Assembly: GCA_965203905.1 (NCBI GenBank)
Contig: CBDBDQ010000005.1
Span: forward strand, 2,240,001-2,304,000
DNA length: 64,000 bases
Direction of reading: 5' to 3'
Source of the DNA: Spirochaetia bacterium
Lineage (GTDB): Bacteria; Spirochaetota; Spirochaetia; SZUA-6; Bin103
The first letter of the stretch is position 1. The number at the start of each line of letters is the position of its first letter. Shown one piece after another: positions 48,560 through 59,039 of this stretch. The position numbers were made by a program, and so were the translations under genes. The notes under the pieces were generated by a model that was given only the letters and a program-made list of their open reading frames with translations, searched no databases and was not told the DNA's origin.

Positions 48560-49424
48560 ACGGAGAAGCAGTTTCTTCGTCCGGCTGTGGCGGGAACGGC
48601 CGGTGGGAGCTGTCGGCGGGATTGTCGTCGTGATATTGATTCTGGTGAGCATCTTTGCCGATGTTCTGGCGCCGTATCGCCCCCGGGAGATAAATCTGCC
48701 GGACATCCTGCAGGGCCCGTCAGCCGCTCATCTCCTGGGCGCCGACCACCTGGGGCGCGACGTGCTGAGCCGCCTCATTCACGGGGCGCGGATCTCGATA
48801 TTCGTCGGGTTCGCCGCGACCACCCTCAACGTTGTCGTGGCCGGGCTGATCGGCGGCACGTCGGGCTTCCTGGGCGGCAAGTTGGACTTGGTGGTGCAGC
48901 GTTTCGTCGATGCCTGGATGTCGTTCCCGGGACTGCTGCTGCTGTTGACGGTCATGTCGATAACGGGGCGGGGGATCGTGCAGCTCATCGTTGTGCTGGG
49001 CGTCGTAGGCGGCATCCCCGCCTCACGCGTGGTGCGCGGGGCTGTTATCGGGGTCAAGGAGAATGCCTACTTTCAGGCCGCGGAGGTGATCGGCTGCTCG
49101 ACGTGGAAGACGCTGGTCCGCCACGTGCTGCCCAACATTGCGGCTCCGATAATCGTCATCTTCAGCATCAACATCGGGGCGGTGATCATCACCGAGGCAT
49201 CTTTGAGCTTCCTCGGCTTCGGCCTGCCGCTACAGGTTCCGAGCTGGGGCGGCATGCTGAGCCGGGAAGGGCGGCAGTACATGGAGATGGCGCCGCGCCT
49301 GGCGCTCTGGCCCGGCCTGTGCCTGACCATCGTGGTCTACAGCCTGAACATGTTCGGCGACGCGGTGCGCGACCTGCTCGACCCGCGCCTGCGCGGCGGT
49401 CAGGGAGGTTACGGCGGCAGGTAA
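48552..49424 (+). CDS. ABC transporter permease (DppC-like); paralog of 4059-4960
   Basis: LGADHLGRDVLSR, HVLPN, FGDAVRDLLDPR. Confidence 0.95.
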   Translation: MNERRSSFFVRLWRERPVGAVGGIVVVILILVSIFADVLAPYRPREINLPDILQGPSAAHLLGADHLGRDVLSRLIHGARISIFVGFAATTLNVVVAGLIGGTSGFLGGKLDLVVQRFVDAWMSFPGLLLLLTVMSITGRGIVQLIVVLGVVGGIPASRVVRGAVIGVKENAYFQAAEVIGCSTWKTLVRHVLPNIAAPIIVIFSINIGAVIITEASLSFLGFGLPLQVPSWGGMLSREGRQYMEMAPRLALWPGLCLTIVVYSLNMFGDAVRDLLDPRLRGGQGGYGGR

Positions 49425-49508
49425 GCTGCGGGAGACCACCAACGGACGTCGCACGGGCGCCGCCGGTTCTGCGTTGCCGGCGCACGAGGTGTGCCGTTCG
49501 CTACGCCT

Positions 49509-51062
49509 TCAGCCGGCCGCCACCTCGAACGCCGTCACGTTGCGCGTCTCGCGGCTGAACTCCACCCCGATCAGGTGGATCGGTTCCTTCAGGTGACGGT
49601 ACTTGTCCGCGTACCCGCGCTCCCGCAACTGCGCCAGCGCCGACCCCGGCGGCGCCATCTCCGCCACCTTGAATTCGAACAGGTACACGTGCCCGCCGGT
49701 GCGCACCGCCATGTCCAGCCGCCCGTGGCTGCTCGATTCCTCCACCGCGATCTCGTACCCCAGCGCCGCGAAGTAGGAGTAGACCACGCTCGCGTAGAAG
49801 CCCTCGTATTGGGCGATGTGGTTGTTCGTGTACCAATGATACGGAATGCTCGCGAAGAAGGCGTGGAACAGTTCCTTCAGCCCCGCGCAATCATGTGCCT
49901 CCAGCAGCCGCGCGAGACGCATGCTGTTGGCCGTCTGGCGTTCCGTGTCCTGCACCAGTTGCCGCAGCAGCACCCGGTTCAGGCTCTGGCGGACCTCCCG
50001 GTTGGGGTAGCCCAGCCGATACAGCGCCATGCCGCCCAGTTCCTCTTCGGCCGTGATGGTCAGGTAGCCGGTCTGGAACAGCAGCGCTTCGGTGCCGATC
50101 TTGCCCACGTCGAACGCCGACAGCAGGTCCTCCGTGCCTAGCATCGAGTCCAGCGACACCGACGCGACCTGGCGCTCGAACAGCCTGTCCACCAGGAACG
50201 CCGGCGTCCCGGTCTCGAACCAGTGGGCCTTGAATTCGCGGCTGTCGAACAGCAGCAGCACGTCGTACGGGTTGTACACCTTCTCCGCGCCGCGCCAGCG
50301 GTAGCCGTTGTACCACTCGCGCACCCGCTCCCGGTCGAGTCCCGCCAGCTCCGGCGCGAACACCGCCTCCAGGTCGCCCTCCGTGTAGCCGCAGATCGAC
50401 GAATAAGCCGGATCCAGGGTGATGTCGGTGAGATTGTTCAGGTCTGAAAAGAGGCTGGCCGTGGTGAACTTGCTTACGCCGGTCACGAACGTGAACCGCA
50501 CGTGCGCGTCGCGCGCCTTGATCACCCCGTACAGGCCGCGCAGGTAGTCGCGGTTGGCACGGGCGATCTCCGGCGTCTGCAACGCGTCCAGGATCGGCTT
50601 GTCGTACTCGTCCACCAGCACCGCCACCCGCTGCCCGCTGCGCTCGTGCAGCGACCTGATCAGGTAGCCGAAACGTTCAGGCGGCGTGTCGTAGCGCGGA
50701 CTCACGCCGCTCGCTACTTCCATGCCGTCCAACTGCGCCGCCAGGTTGGTCTGGAGGTAGCCGGGATCCTTGAAGCTCCCGCCGGCGAAATCCAGGCGCA
50801 CCAGCGGGTGGGGCGCCGACCAGTTCCAGTTCCCGCGGTCGTGGATGTGCAGCCCCGTGAACAGTTCCTCGTTGCCCTCGAACAGCTCCTTCAGAGTGTC
50901 AAGGAACAGGCTCTTGCCGAACCGGCGCGGGCGTGACAGGAAGTAGTGGGAGCCCTCATCGAGCAACCGTTCGATGTAGGGCGTCTTGTCCACGTAATAA
51001 CAGTCCTCTTCGCGCAGCTTGCGGAAGGTCTGCATGCCGATGGGCAGTCTGCGCCGGGCCAC
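49509..51062 (-). CDS. AAA-ATPase-like protein with C-terminal PD-(D/E)XK nuclease
   Basis: LPIGMQTF, YYVDKT, LSRPRRFGKSL, LVDEYDKP, EESSSHGRLDM..LFEFK. Confidence 0.93.
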   Translation of the reverse strand: MARRRLPIGMQTFRKLREEDCYYVDKTPYIERLLDEGSHYFLSRPRRFGKSLFLDTLKELFEGNEELFTGLHIHDRGNWNWSAPHPLVRLDFAGGSFKDPGYLQTNLAAQLDGMEVASGVSPRYDTPPERFGYLIRSLHERSGQRVAVLVDEYDKPILDALQTPEIARANRDYLRGLYGVIKARDAHVRFTFVTGVSKFTTASLFSDLNNLTDITLDPAYSSICGYTEGDLEAVFAPELAGLDRERVREWYNGYRWRGAEKVYNPYDVLLLFDSREFKAHWFETGTPAFLVDRLFERQVASVSLDSMLGTEDLLSAFDVGKIGTEALLFQTGYLTITAEEELGGMALYRLGYPNREVRQSLNRVLLRQLVQDTERQTANSMRLARLLEAHDCAGLKELFHAFFASIPYHWYTNNHIAQYEGFYASVVYSYFAALGYEIAVEESSSHGRLDMAVRTGGHVYLFEFKVAEMAPPGSALAQLRERGYADKYRHLKEPIHLIGVEFSRETRNVTAFEVAAG

Positions 51063-51195
51063 GCCTCATCATACGCCGCCGCCCGGCCGGTTCCAAACCC
51101 GTCAAGGTGCGATCTGGTGCGATCAACGCGATCAGCCCGCGCCGCTGGACGGGGTTTGAGCGACACGGCGGCGTCCGGGTACCATCCGCCGCGTA

Positions 51196-51918
51196 ATGCA
51201 GCAACAAGCGTTGATCGTGTGGGGTGGCTGGCTGGGCCACGAGCCGGAGCAGACCGCGGAGATCTTTGGCGGGGTGCTGGAGGCGGAGGGATTCGCCGTC
51301 GAGGTGGCCACCACGCTGGACCGGTTCGTGGATGACGGGCGGCTCTCCGAGCTGGATCTGATCGTCCCGCTGTGGACCATGGGGACCATCGCCCGCGAGC
51401 AGGTGGAGCCGGTGGTGGAGGCGGTCGCCAACGGCGTCGGGCTGGCCGGTTGTCACGGCGGCATGTGCGACGCGTTCCGCGACTCGGTGCAGTGGCAGTT
51501 CATGACCGGCGGCAACTGGGTATCCCACCCCGGCGGCGACGGCGTGGAGTACACCGTGAACCTGCGCCACGGTTCCAGCGAGATCACCGCCGGCATGCGC
51601 GACTTCACGGTGCGCTCCGAGCAGTACTACCTGCACGTGGATCCCGCGGTTGAGGTGCTGGCCAGCACCCGCTTCCCGGTGGTGGACTGGTACCACAGCA
51701 GCAATGGGCCGGTGGACATGCCGGTGGTGTGGACCAAGCGCTGGGGCGCCGGGCGCGTGTTCTACAACTCCCTGGGCCACAAGGCCGAGGTGATCGCCCA
51801 GGAGGCGCCGCTGGAGCTGATGCGGCGCGGCTTCCGGTGGGCGGCCGCCGGCCGCCGTATCGCCCGCGAGCAGGGCCTTACGGCCGAGAGCTTCAGCAGC
51901 ACCGCCAAGATGTTCTGA
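51196..51918 (+). CDS. ThuA-like (trehalose utilisation, class I GATase-like) protein
   Basis: IVWGGWLGHEP, GLAGCHGGMCDAFR, SEQYY, GRVFYNSLGH. Confidence 0.9.
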   Translation: MQQQALIVWGGWLGHEPEQTAEIFGGVLEAEGFAVEVATTLDRFVDDGRLSELDLIVPLWTMGTIAREQVEPVVEAVANGVGLAGCHGGMCDAFRDSVQWQFMTGGNWVSHPGGDGVEYTVNLRHGSSEITAGMRDFTVRSEQYYLHVDPAVEVLASTRFPVVDWYHSSNGPVDMPVVWTKRWGAGRVFYNSLGHKAEVIAQEAPLELMRRGFRWAAAGRRIAREQGLTAESFSSTAKMF

Positions 51919-51942
51919 AGCGGCCGCGTCATGGTCAAGACG

Positions 51943-52782
51943 TCAAAACTTGACCGCACCGCTAATCAAACCCTTGACAAAGTGCTGCTGTAGCACAAAT
52001 GCCATCAGGATGATGGGCAGCGAATAGACTACCGCCATGGCCATGAGCGTGTCCCAGGGAGGGCTGCCGCCGGGTCCTTGACCATGCAGGCTGGCAATCA
52101 CCAGCGGCACCGTTTGCATCGAGCGGCTTCCCAGGAACGTGAGCGGTATCATCAGGCTCTCCCAGCTCAGCAGGAACACGAACAGGAACACGGTCACCAC
52201 GCCCGCTCTTGCCAGCGGCAGCACAATGCGCAGCAAGATGCCGAGCGTGCCGCAGCCGTCGATCATTGCGCTTTCGTCGAGCTCCCGTGGGCAGCTCTCC
52301 TTGATGAACCCGATCAGCAACCAGGTGCAGATCGGTATGGCGAAACCCATCTCGATGAATACCACGGCGTGATAGGTGTCGTAGGCTTGAAAGAAGCGCA
52401 CCACGCGCGCCAGCGGCGAGATGAGGACCACGGACGGGATCATCTGCAAGATGAGCAGGAACGCCAGGAACAGGGACTTTCCGGCAAACCGGTAGCGCAC
52501 CACCGCGTAGGCGGCCATGAAGCCGAGGGGGACCGCGGTGGCGCTGGTAGCAGTTGCCACCAACACCGAGTTGAAGAGGTTGCGCGGGAAGCTCCTCAGC
52601 GTGAAGACCTGCAGATAGTTGTCCAGTGTGTATTCGGAGGCGAACACGCGGGGAGTGCGAACGAAGATCTCGCTCATGGGCTTGAACGAGTTCAACACCA
52701 TCCAGAAGATCGGAAACAGCGCTACAACCAGGATCGCCAGAACCAACAGGTGCAGCAGCACTTCCCGCGCTGTTCTCGTCAT
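51943..52782 (-). CDS. Carbohydrate ABC permease (MalG-like)
   Basis: FPIFWMVLNSFK, ELDESAMIDG, QQHFVKGL. Confidence 0.93.
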   Translation of the reverse strand: MTRTAREVLLHLLVLAILVVALFPIFWMVLNSFKPMSEIFVRTPRVFASEYTLDNYLQVFTLRSFPRNLFNSVLVATATSATAVPLGFMAAYAVVRYRFAGKSLFLAFLLILQMIPSVVLISPLARVVRFFQAYDTYHAVVFIEMGFAIPICTWLLIGFIKESCPRELDESAMIDGCGTLGILLRIVLPLARAGVVTVFLFVFLLSWESLMIPLTFLGSRSMQTVPLVIASLHGQGPGGSPPWDTLMAMAVVYSLPIILMAFVLQQHFVKGLISGAVKF

Positions 52783-53678
52783 AGCTGCCCCTGACTGCGG
52801 AGGTTCCTGAGGTAGAAGCGAGCAAACACCAGCAGCAGCAGGAAGATGATGACACCGCTGGCACTGCCCAGTCCCGGCCGATTGTGGAAGAACGACATCG
52901 ACCACGCGTAAACACCCACCACCTCTGAGCTGTGGTACGGACCACCCTTGGTCATGATGTACACGACGGTAAAGGCCTTGAACGTCCAGAGTATGTTGAG
53001 GAGCACCAGGATCTGGAACGTCGTCCGAATGCCCGGCAGCGTTACGTAGCGCAGCTTGGCAAACAACCTCGCGCCCTCGAGCTCGGCGGCTTCATAGAAA
53101 TCCCGTGGAATGGACTGCAACGCCGCCAGATAGGCGAGGGTAAAGAACGGAAACGCCTTCCAGATCTGGACGAGGATTGCCGACAGCAACGAGTACCGGC
53201 GGTCGATGAGCCAGCCGAAGTTCACGAAGTACTCGATGCCGAGGACGTTGCCCAGCAGATGATTCAGAAACCCGTAGCGGTCACTGAAGATCAATCCCCA
53301 GACCGTGGCTGCCGTAACCATGGGGGTAATCCACGGGAGCAGGATCGCGGTTCTGATCAGCCGCCGGAATCTCAGGCGCTGATTGAGCAGCATTGCGCTG
53401 GTGAACGAGATGAGAGTCGTCACCGACACCACCATCACGCTCCAGATCGTCGAGTTCTTGATCGAGTTGAGAAAGAAGCGTTCGTGAACGATCAGCTCGA
53501 CATAGTTGGCGAGCCCGACGAACTCCGGCCGCAGCATCATGATGGTCTTGCGGAACAGACTGAAGCCCACTCCGTAGAAGAGCGGTACCAGCAGAACGGC
53601 CAGCACCGCCAGCATCGAAGGGAGAATCAGCAGATAGGGGACGCGGTTTCGTCTGAGGGTGGCGGTCACCATCCTCAT
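52779..53678 (-). CDS. Carbohydrate ABC permease (MalF-like)
   Basis: FVGLANY, ALQSIPRDFYEAAELEGA, MTKGGP. Confidence 0.93.
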   Translation of the reverse strand: MRMVTATLRRNRVPYLLILPSMLAVLAVLLVPLFYGVGFSLFRKTIMMLRPEFVGLANYVELIVHERFFLNSIKNSTIWSVMVVSVTTLISFTSAMLLNQRLRFRRLIRTAILLPWITPMVTAATVWGLIFSDRYGFLNHLLGNVLGIEYFVNFGWLIDRRYSLLSAILVQIWKAFPFFTLAYLAALQSIPRDFYEAAELEGARLFAKLRYVTLPGIRTTFQILVLLNILWTFKAFTVVYIMTKGGPYHSSEVVGVYAWSMSFFHNRPGLGSASGVIIFLLLLVFARFYLRNLRSQGQL

Positions 53679-53772
53679 GGCAGGGGCCGCCGGCGCGCCG
53701 CCACGGGTGTCGCGAGCACGTCGGCACAGCGACGGCTCGTGGCGGCGCGGGACTGTATCTTCGCCAGCGTTG

Positions 53773-55071
53773 TTACTTGTAGGCCTCTTGAATCACGGCC
53801 ATCTCGGCGAGCATGTCGTCGACCGCCTGCTCGACCGTCTTTTCGCCCAGCAGCGTGACCGCCACCGCATCGAAGATCTTCTCGCGCAATTGGCCCCAGC
53901 CCGGGTGAGGCTCCTGTTTGATCACGCCCTGCTGCGCCTGCTGCATCATGTATGAGGCCCACGGGTCGGCGTGGAGGCGCGGATCATCGATCAGATCCAA
54001 CCGGGCCGGAATGTAGCGCGACAGGGTGGTTCCTGGAATCGCGTTCTCCGGAATCTGCAGGTACTCGATGAACCGCCAGGCCGCCTCGGGATGTTTGCTC
54101 TTCGAGCTGATAGCGATGTGCCCGCCGCCTGCCATGGACATGCCGGTGGGTTTCAGCGGCAGGTTGATGAAGCCGATCTTGCCATCCAACGCGGGGTTCT
54201 GGCCGATGACGGTGCGCGCGTTGTACGGCGTCGTGGTCATCATCGCGATCTCCTCCTCGGCCATCAGCCGCAACAGGTCGGCGTACTGGTAGGCGGCGGA
54301 TGGTTCCGGTCCACCGGGGGAGAACTCGGCCAGCGCGTTCATGTGGGCGATGGCGTTGATTACCTCCTGGCGGTACTGGGGCAGGAAGAATCCGCCCTCC
54401 TTGGTGGTGAGGTTCTCGCCAGTCTGCTGATACATCCAGATGAGGAACTGGTGCGAGCTCAGCCGGCCACCGTGGCTGCCCCATCCGAACTGGTCGATCT
54501 CGCCGTCGTTGTCCGTGTCGCGGGTGAGGGTCTCCGCCATCTGCAACAGCTCGTCCCAGTCCTCCGGGGGCTTGTCCGGGTCCAGGCCGGCTGCTTCGAA
54601 CATCTCCCTGTTCACCATGATCGCCCACACGGTCATGATGCGCGGGACTCCCCAGCGTTCCCCATCGATGGTGATCTCGTTCACGTACGCCGGTGGCAGG
54701 GCGGACTTGTACGGCAGGCCCTCGAACTGGTCGGTGATGGCGAGGACCTCACCCATCACCTGATAGCTGGTCACACCGCCTTCCCAGATGTCCGGCGGCG
54801 AACCGATCTCGATGGCGCTGAGGTGCTTGGCTACGTATTCACCCCACGGGAAGCTCGTCACCTCCACGCGAATGCCGGTCTCGTCGTAGAACGAGTCCGC
54901 CAACTCCTGCAGCTTCTCCACGCCTTCAGTGGGATAGCCGCCGACCCAGTAGTTGAGCTCGATGTTCTCCTGGGCGGCTTCGCCGGCGGCTGCTGCGAAG
55001 GCAAGGGTTGGGATCAGCGCGAACAGGGCGACGGTCAGCGCCGCCAATGGGATTCTCTCTCTGTAAGTCAA
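53773..55071 (-). CDS. Carbohydrate ABC substrate-binding protein (family 1)
   Basis: GAGGAG RBS before the TTG at 55071; NREMFEAAGLDP..PEDWDEL, SKHPEAAWRFIEY. Confidence 0.9.
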   Translation of the reverse strand: MTYRERIPLAALTVALFALIPTLAFAAAAGEAAQENIELNYWVGGYPTEGVEKLQELADSFYDETGIRVEVTSFPWGEYVAKHLSAIEIGSPPDIWEGGVTSYQVMGEVLAITDQFEGLPYKSALPPAYVNEITIDGERWGVPRIMTVWAIMVNREMFEAAGLDPDKPPEDWDELLQMAETLTRDTDNDGEIDQFGWGSHGGRLSSHQFLIWMYQQTGENLTTKEGGFFLPQYRQEVINAIAHMNALAEFSPGGPEPSAAYQYADLLRLMAEEEIAMMTTTPYNARTVIGQNPALDGKIGFINLPLKPTGMSMAGGGHIAISSKSKHPEAAWRFIEYLQIPENAIPGTTLSRYIPARLDLIDDPRLHADPWASYMMQQAQQGVIKQEPHPGWGQLREKIFDAVAVTLLGEKTVEQAVDDMLAEMAVIQEAYK

Positions 55072-55150
55072 GTCTCTACTCCTCGCGTGGTGACACGCTG
55101 GCGTGAGCCGCACGTGGCGCGCGACACCGCTTCACTCTCCTCTCGTCCAG

Positions 55151-56023
55151 TTACGATTCCGCGAACAGTGCGCGGGGCACGTCTGCGGTCCATGAGATGA
55201 CCTCCTCGGTGGATGGGAACATGGCTTCGAACATCAGCTCGCCCGAATAGTCGACCTCAGCCAGGGCCGCGAACAGACTGCGCCAGCGCACGTGGCCGGT
55301 GAATGGCGCGTTATGGTCCCGCACGGCAACACGCTGGCCATCCACCACCACCTCTACCGCCTCGTCGCCGAAGTCATGCAGGTGGAGATGGCGCAAGTGG
55401 CTCGCGCACTGCGCGATGATGGGTCTGATCTGGTCCTCGTGGGTGAACAGGCTGACGCCGTCGCCGTCTGTTGCGTGGCCGATATCCAGCGCGAACCCGA
55501 AACGTGCAGACCCGATGCGGTCGCATAGCGGCAGGTAGTGGCTGGGGTGCTCGGACAGGTTCTCGTTGACGAGCGTGACCCCGCTGTCGCTGGTCTGCTC
55601 GAGCATCTCCACGATCGACCGCTCGGCGTGGTCGTTGGTCCCGAAGTGCCCGACGCATACGGCGGCGCCGAGTTCCGCCCCTTTGCGCACTGCATCCACC
55701 AGTGCCTCGACGGCGCCTTTCCGCACCGGCTCGTACTCGCTGTCGGTGGGCAGCACGGGGACGTGCATGGAGACGACGCGCACGCCATGACGGTCGCACG
55801 CACCACGTATCTCGTCGATCTGAGACTGGTCGTAGAAGTCGTAGAAGCTGCGCGGGCGAATGCCGCTGATCTCGATGCGCTTGATCCCCGATTCGGCGAT
55901 CTCGGCTATCTCCCGCGCACCCAGCCGCCGATCGCGAGAGAACGCACAGGTCGAAATGCCAAGCCGCGCCGAGATCTCTTCTGCGTTCCACACGATTCCG
56001 ATGTCGCGAGGTCGTTCACTCAT
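55151..56023 (-). CDS. Sugar phosphate isomerase/epimerase (TIM barrel)
   Basis: VNENL, LDIGH, HLHLHD, YSGELMFE. Confidence 0.85.
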   Translation of the reverse strand: MSERPRDIGIVWNAEEISARLGISTCAFSRDRRLGAREIAEIAESGIKRIEISGIRPRSFYDFYDQSQIDEIRGACDRHGVRVVSMHVPVLPTDSEYEPVRKGAVEALVDAVRKGAELGAAVCVGHFGTNDHAERSIVEMLEQTSDSGVTLVNENLSEHPSHYLPLCDRIGSARFGFALDIGHATDGDGVSLFTHEDQIRPIIAQCASHLRHLHLHDFGDEAVEVVVDGQRVAVRDHNAPFTGHVRWRSLFAALAEVDYSGELMFEAMFPSTEEVISWTADVPRALFAES

Positions 56024-56092
56024 CTCCACGTCAGGTGGCGGACCGTGCGTGTGCACAGCATCAAGGCAGGATGAGGATTGGGTGCGATATTG

Positions 56093-57112
56093 TCAAGTGT
56101 TCGAGTCCTCGACATCCTCGACGTCCTCGACCGGGCCGAGCAGGCGGGGCAGGAAGCCGGCCACCGTGAGCTGCCACAGGTGGTACATGATGAGGGGCAG
56201 CAGGGCCACGCCGAGCAGGTCCGGCATGGTGGCGAAGTAGGTGGTGAGCAGCGGCGCGCCCATGGCCAGGGTCTTCTGCGGCGCCACGAACAGGGCGGTG
56301 TAGGTGTTGGCCTTGTCGAGTTGCAGTGCGCGGGTGACCCCCCAGACCGCCCCCAGTAGCAGCAGGTGGGACAGCGCCAGGTAGCCGAACAGGGGCCACA
56401 GCCGCAGCAGCGAGGCGGCAAAGGTGGGGTCCAGCGCGGGCCGTGAAAACGAGAACCAGATGATCACCACGATGGAAGCGTTCATGAACACCGAGATTGC
56501 CTTGCGCAGGCGCTGCGCGAGTTCCCGCAGCCGCGCCCGCGCGAGCTGACCGAGCGCGAACGGCAGCAGCATCTTCAGCGCCAGCGCCGTGAGCACTCGC
56601 AGCAGCTCGTCGGCGGGCAGGGCGCGGCCGCTCTGCTGCAGCAGCAGCGACAGCAGCAGCGGCGACAGGAACACCCCCGCCACGTTGGCCAGGGAGGCAT
56701 TGAAAATGGTGGCGACCACGTTGCCGCGCGCCGCCTGGGTGAACACGATGCAGCTCGACACGGTGGTGGGCAGCACCGCCAGCGCATAGATCCCGGCCAG
56801 CAGGCGCGGATCCCCGCCGCGCCACAGCAGCGCCGCGCTGGCGGCGAAGTAGAGCGGCACCGCGACGAAGATGAACGCCTGCAGGAACAGGTGCAGGCGG
56901 ACATCGCGCAGGCCGGACGCGATCGCCTCGGTCGGCAGGCTCAGGCCGGACAGGAAGAACAGCACCACCACCAGCACGGTGGCGGTGGTTCCGTCCAGGC
57001 TCGCCGCGGTGCCGGCCCGCGGCGCCGCCAACCCCACCGCCACCGCGGCCAGCAGCCCGATGAGGAACCAGTTCTTGGCGAACCACGCGCCGACGCGCGC
57101 CGAGCCAGCCAT
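56093..57112 (-). CDS. Bile acid:sodium symporter-like (SBF_like) transporter
   Basis: FFLSGLSL, LPTTVSS...ARGN, QKTLAMG.P. Confidence 0.9.
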   Translation of the reverse strand: MAGSARVGAWFAKNWFLIGLLAAVAVGLAAPRAGTAASLDGTTATVLVVVLFFLSGLSLPTEAIASGLRDVRLHLFLQAFIFVAVPLYFAASAALLWRGGDPRLLAGIYALAVLPTTVSSCIVFTQAARGNVVATIFNASLANVAGVFLSPLLLSLLLQQSGRALPADELLRVLTALALKMLLPFALGQLARARLRELAQRLRKAISVFMNASIVVIIWFSFSRPALDPTFAASLLRLWPLFGYLALSHLLLLGAVWGVTRALQLDKANTYTALFVAPQKTLAMGAPLLTTYFATMPDLLGVALLPLIMYHLWQLTVAGFLPRLLGPVEDVEDVEDSNT

Positions 57113-57175
57113 CGCGGTGCATCATAGCGGCCGGACCTTTGCCACTCATAGCCCAACCCGGTAACGTCCAGGGCC

Positions 57176-58036
57176 ATGCAGATTGGCTTCAACATGCTGC
57201 TCTGGACACCGTTCGTGACCGAGGAGCACTTCCCGTTGTTCGCACCCCTCAAGGAGACCGGCTACGACGGCGTCGAGCTGGAGATCTTCGACGGCACCCC
57301 CGAGCACTACGCGCGGGTGGCGCGCGAGTTGGACAACCATGGCCTGCGGCGCACCGGGGTGACCATCATCCCGGACCAGGAGCGCAACATCCTCAGCGAC
57401 GACCCCGCCCGCCGCGCCGCCGGGGTGGATCATCTCAAGTGGGCGGTGGACTGCGCCGCGGCACTGGGGGCGGAGCTGCTGTGCGGTCCCTTTTATCAGC
57501 CGCTCGGCCAGTTCACCGGCACCGGACCGACCGCCGAGGAGCAGCGGCGCGCCGCGGACGCCCACCGGCAGGCCGCCGAGCACGCGGCCCAGGCGGGGAT
57601 TCCGCTGGCGGTGGAGGCTTTGAACCGCTTCGAGTGCTACTTCCTCAACACGCTGGCCGACACCGCGGCCCACGTGAAGCGCGTCGACCACCCCAACTTC
57701 CACCTGATATACGACACCTTCCACGCCAACCTGGAGGAGAAGGACCCGGTGGGGGTGATCGCGCCGCACCTGCCGCTGATCAAGCACGTCCACGTATCGG
57801 AGAACGACCGCGGCACGCCGGGGCGCGGCCACGTGCCATGGGACGCGACCTTTCGCGCCCTGCGCCAGGGCGGCTACGACGCCTGGCTCACCATCGAGGC
57901 GTTCGGCCGCACGCTGCCGGAGCTGGCCGCCACCACCTGTGTGTGGCGCGACTTCTCGGCCAGCAACGAAGAGGTATACCAGGTCGGCTTCCGGACCATC
58001 CGCGACGGGTGGCGGCGCGCGGGAGAGCCCTGCTGA
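57176..58036 (+). CDS. D-tagatose/D-psicose 3-epimerase family TIM-barrel enzyme
   Basis: GYDGVE, EALNRFECY, YDTFHANLEE, HVSENDRGTPG, TIEAF. Confidence 0.9.
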   Translation: MQIGFNMLLWTPFVTEEHFPLFAPLKETGYDGVELEIFDGTPEHYARVARELDNHGLRRTGVTIIPDQERNILSDDPARRAAGVDHLKWAVDCAAALGAELLCGPFYQPLGQFTGTGPTAEEQRRAADAHRQAAEHAAQAGIPLAVEALNRFECYFLNTLADTAAHVKRVDHPNFHLIYDTFHANLEEKDPVGVIAPHLPLIKHVHVSENDRGTPGRGHVPWDATFRALRQGGYDAWLTIEAFGRTLPELAATTCVWRDFSASNEEVYQVGFRTIRDGWRRAGEPC

Positions 58037-58043
58037 ACCTGGG

Positions 58044-59039
58044 CTAAAGGAGCGTCTTGCGGTACAGCGCGCGTGCCAGGCGGACGATTTCCTCAGCCGC
58101 CGGCAGCCCGTCGCGCAGATGGGCGGGGATCGCCTGCGCACCGTTGCAGGCACCGCTCAAGGCGCCGGCCACCGCGGCGAACGTATCCACGTCGCCGCCG
58201 CAGGTGAGCGCCCGCCGCAGCGTGGCCTCGAACTCGCCGGGGGTGCGCAGGAACGCCTCCAGGGCCACCGCGGCGGTGACCGGCGCCTCGCTGGGCAGCC
58301 CCTGCCCGGCGCTGAACGGCGTCTCCGGCAGCTCCAGGAGCGTCGCGTAGGCGGCGTCGGCGGGCAACTCCAGCAGCCGGCGCACCCCGCCGAGCAGCCG
58401 GCCGGTGGGAGCGTGCACCGCGCCTGCCGACCGTTCCGCCAGCGCCAGCAGCTCGTCCGCCGCCGGCGCACCGCCGGCCGCCAGGTGGCGCACCACGTGG
58501 GCGATGGCCACGGCCGGTCCCACGGCGCGCGGGTCCTTGTGGGTGAGGTGACTCACCGCGATGGCATCGGCGTCGAGCTGTGTCTTGCGGCGCCAGTGCC
58601 ACAGCCCCACCGGGGCGATCTTCATCACCGCACCGTTGGAGGGCAGATCGGTGGACGCCGCCTGCTGCCAGGGGACGCCGCGGGCCATGCGCTCCAGCGT
58701 CTCTCGGAACGCGCGCCCGTAGCCGTACAACTCGCCAGCGTGCCACATGCGCAGCAACCGGTGCGCCACGTCACCGGGATCGACCCGCCCGCGCGCCAGC
58801 AGCGACTCCACCAGCACCAGGGTCTGCTGGGTGTCGTCGGTGTACGCCCCGCCGGGACGCACCACCGCGCCGTCCGCGCGCCGGAGCTCCCGGTAGTGGC
58901 CCAGGAGTCGCTCCACCTCCAGGATGCGGCTACGTGGCCAGCCCTCGCAGAAGCTGCCCAGCGCATCCCCCACCGCGCCGCCGAGCAGCGCGCCCACGAA
59001 GCGATCCTCGCTCTCTACTTCACCACCGACAAAGCTCAT
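58044..59039 (-). CDS. ADP-ribosylglycohydrolase family protein
   Basis: [34 protein letters not shown]. Confidence 0.93.
   Translation of the reverse strand: MSFVGGEVESEDRFVGALLGGAVGDALGSFCEGWPRSRILEVERLLGHYRELRRADGAVVRPGGAYTDDTQQTLVLVESLLARGRVDPGDVAHRLLRMWHAGELYGYGRAFRETLERMARGVPWQQAASTDLPSNGAVMKIAPVGLWHWRRKTQLDADAIAVSHLTHKDPRAVGPAVAIAHVVRHLAAGGAPAADELLALAERSAGAVHAPTGRLLGGVRRLLELPADAAYATLLELPETPFSAGQGLPSEAPVTAAVALEAFLRTPGEFEATLRRALTCGGDVDTFAAVAGALSGACNGAQAIPAHLRDGLPAAEEIVRLARALYRKTLL

Noticed and set aside
56104-56132. 9-bp TCCTCGAC(A/G/C) repeats
   Set aside because: They simply encode the low-complexity VEDVEDVED tail of the symporter.
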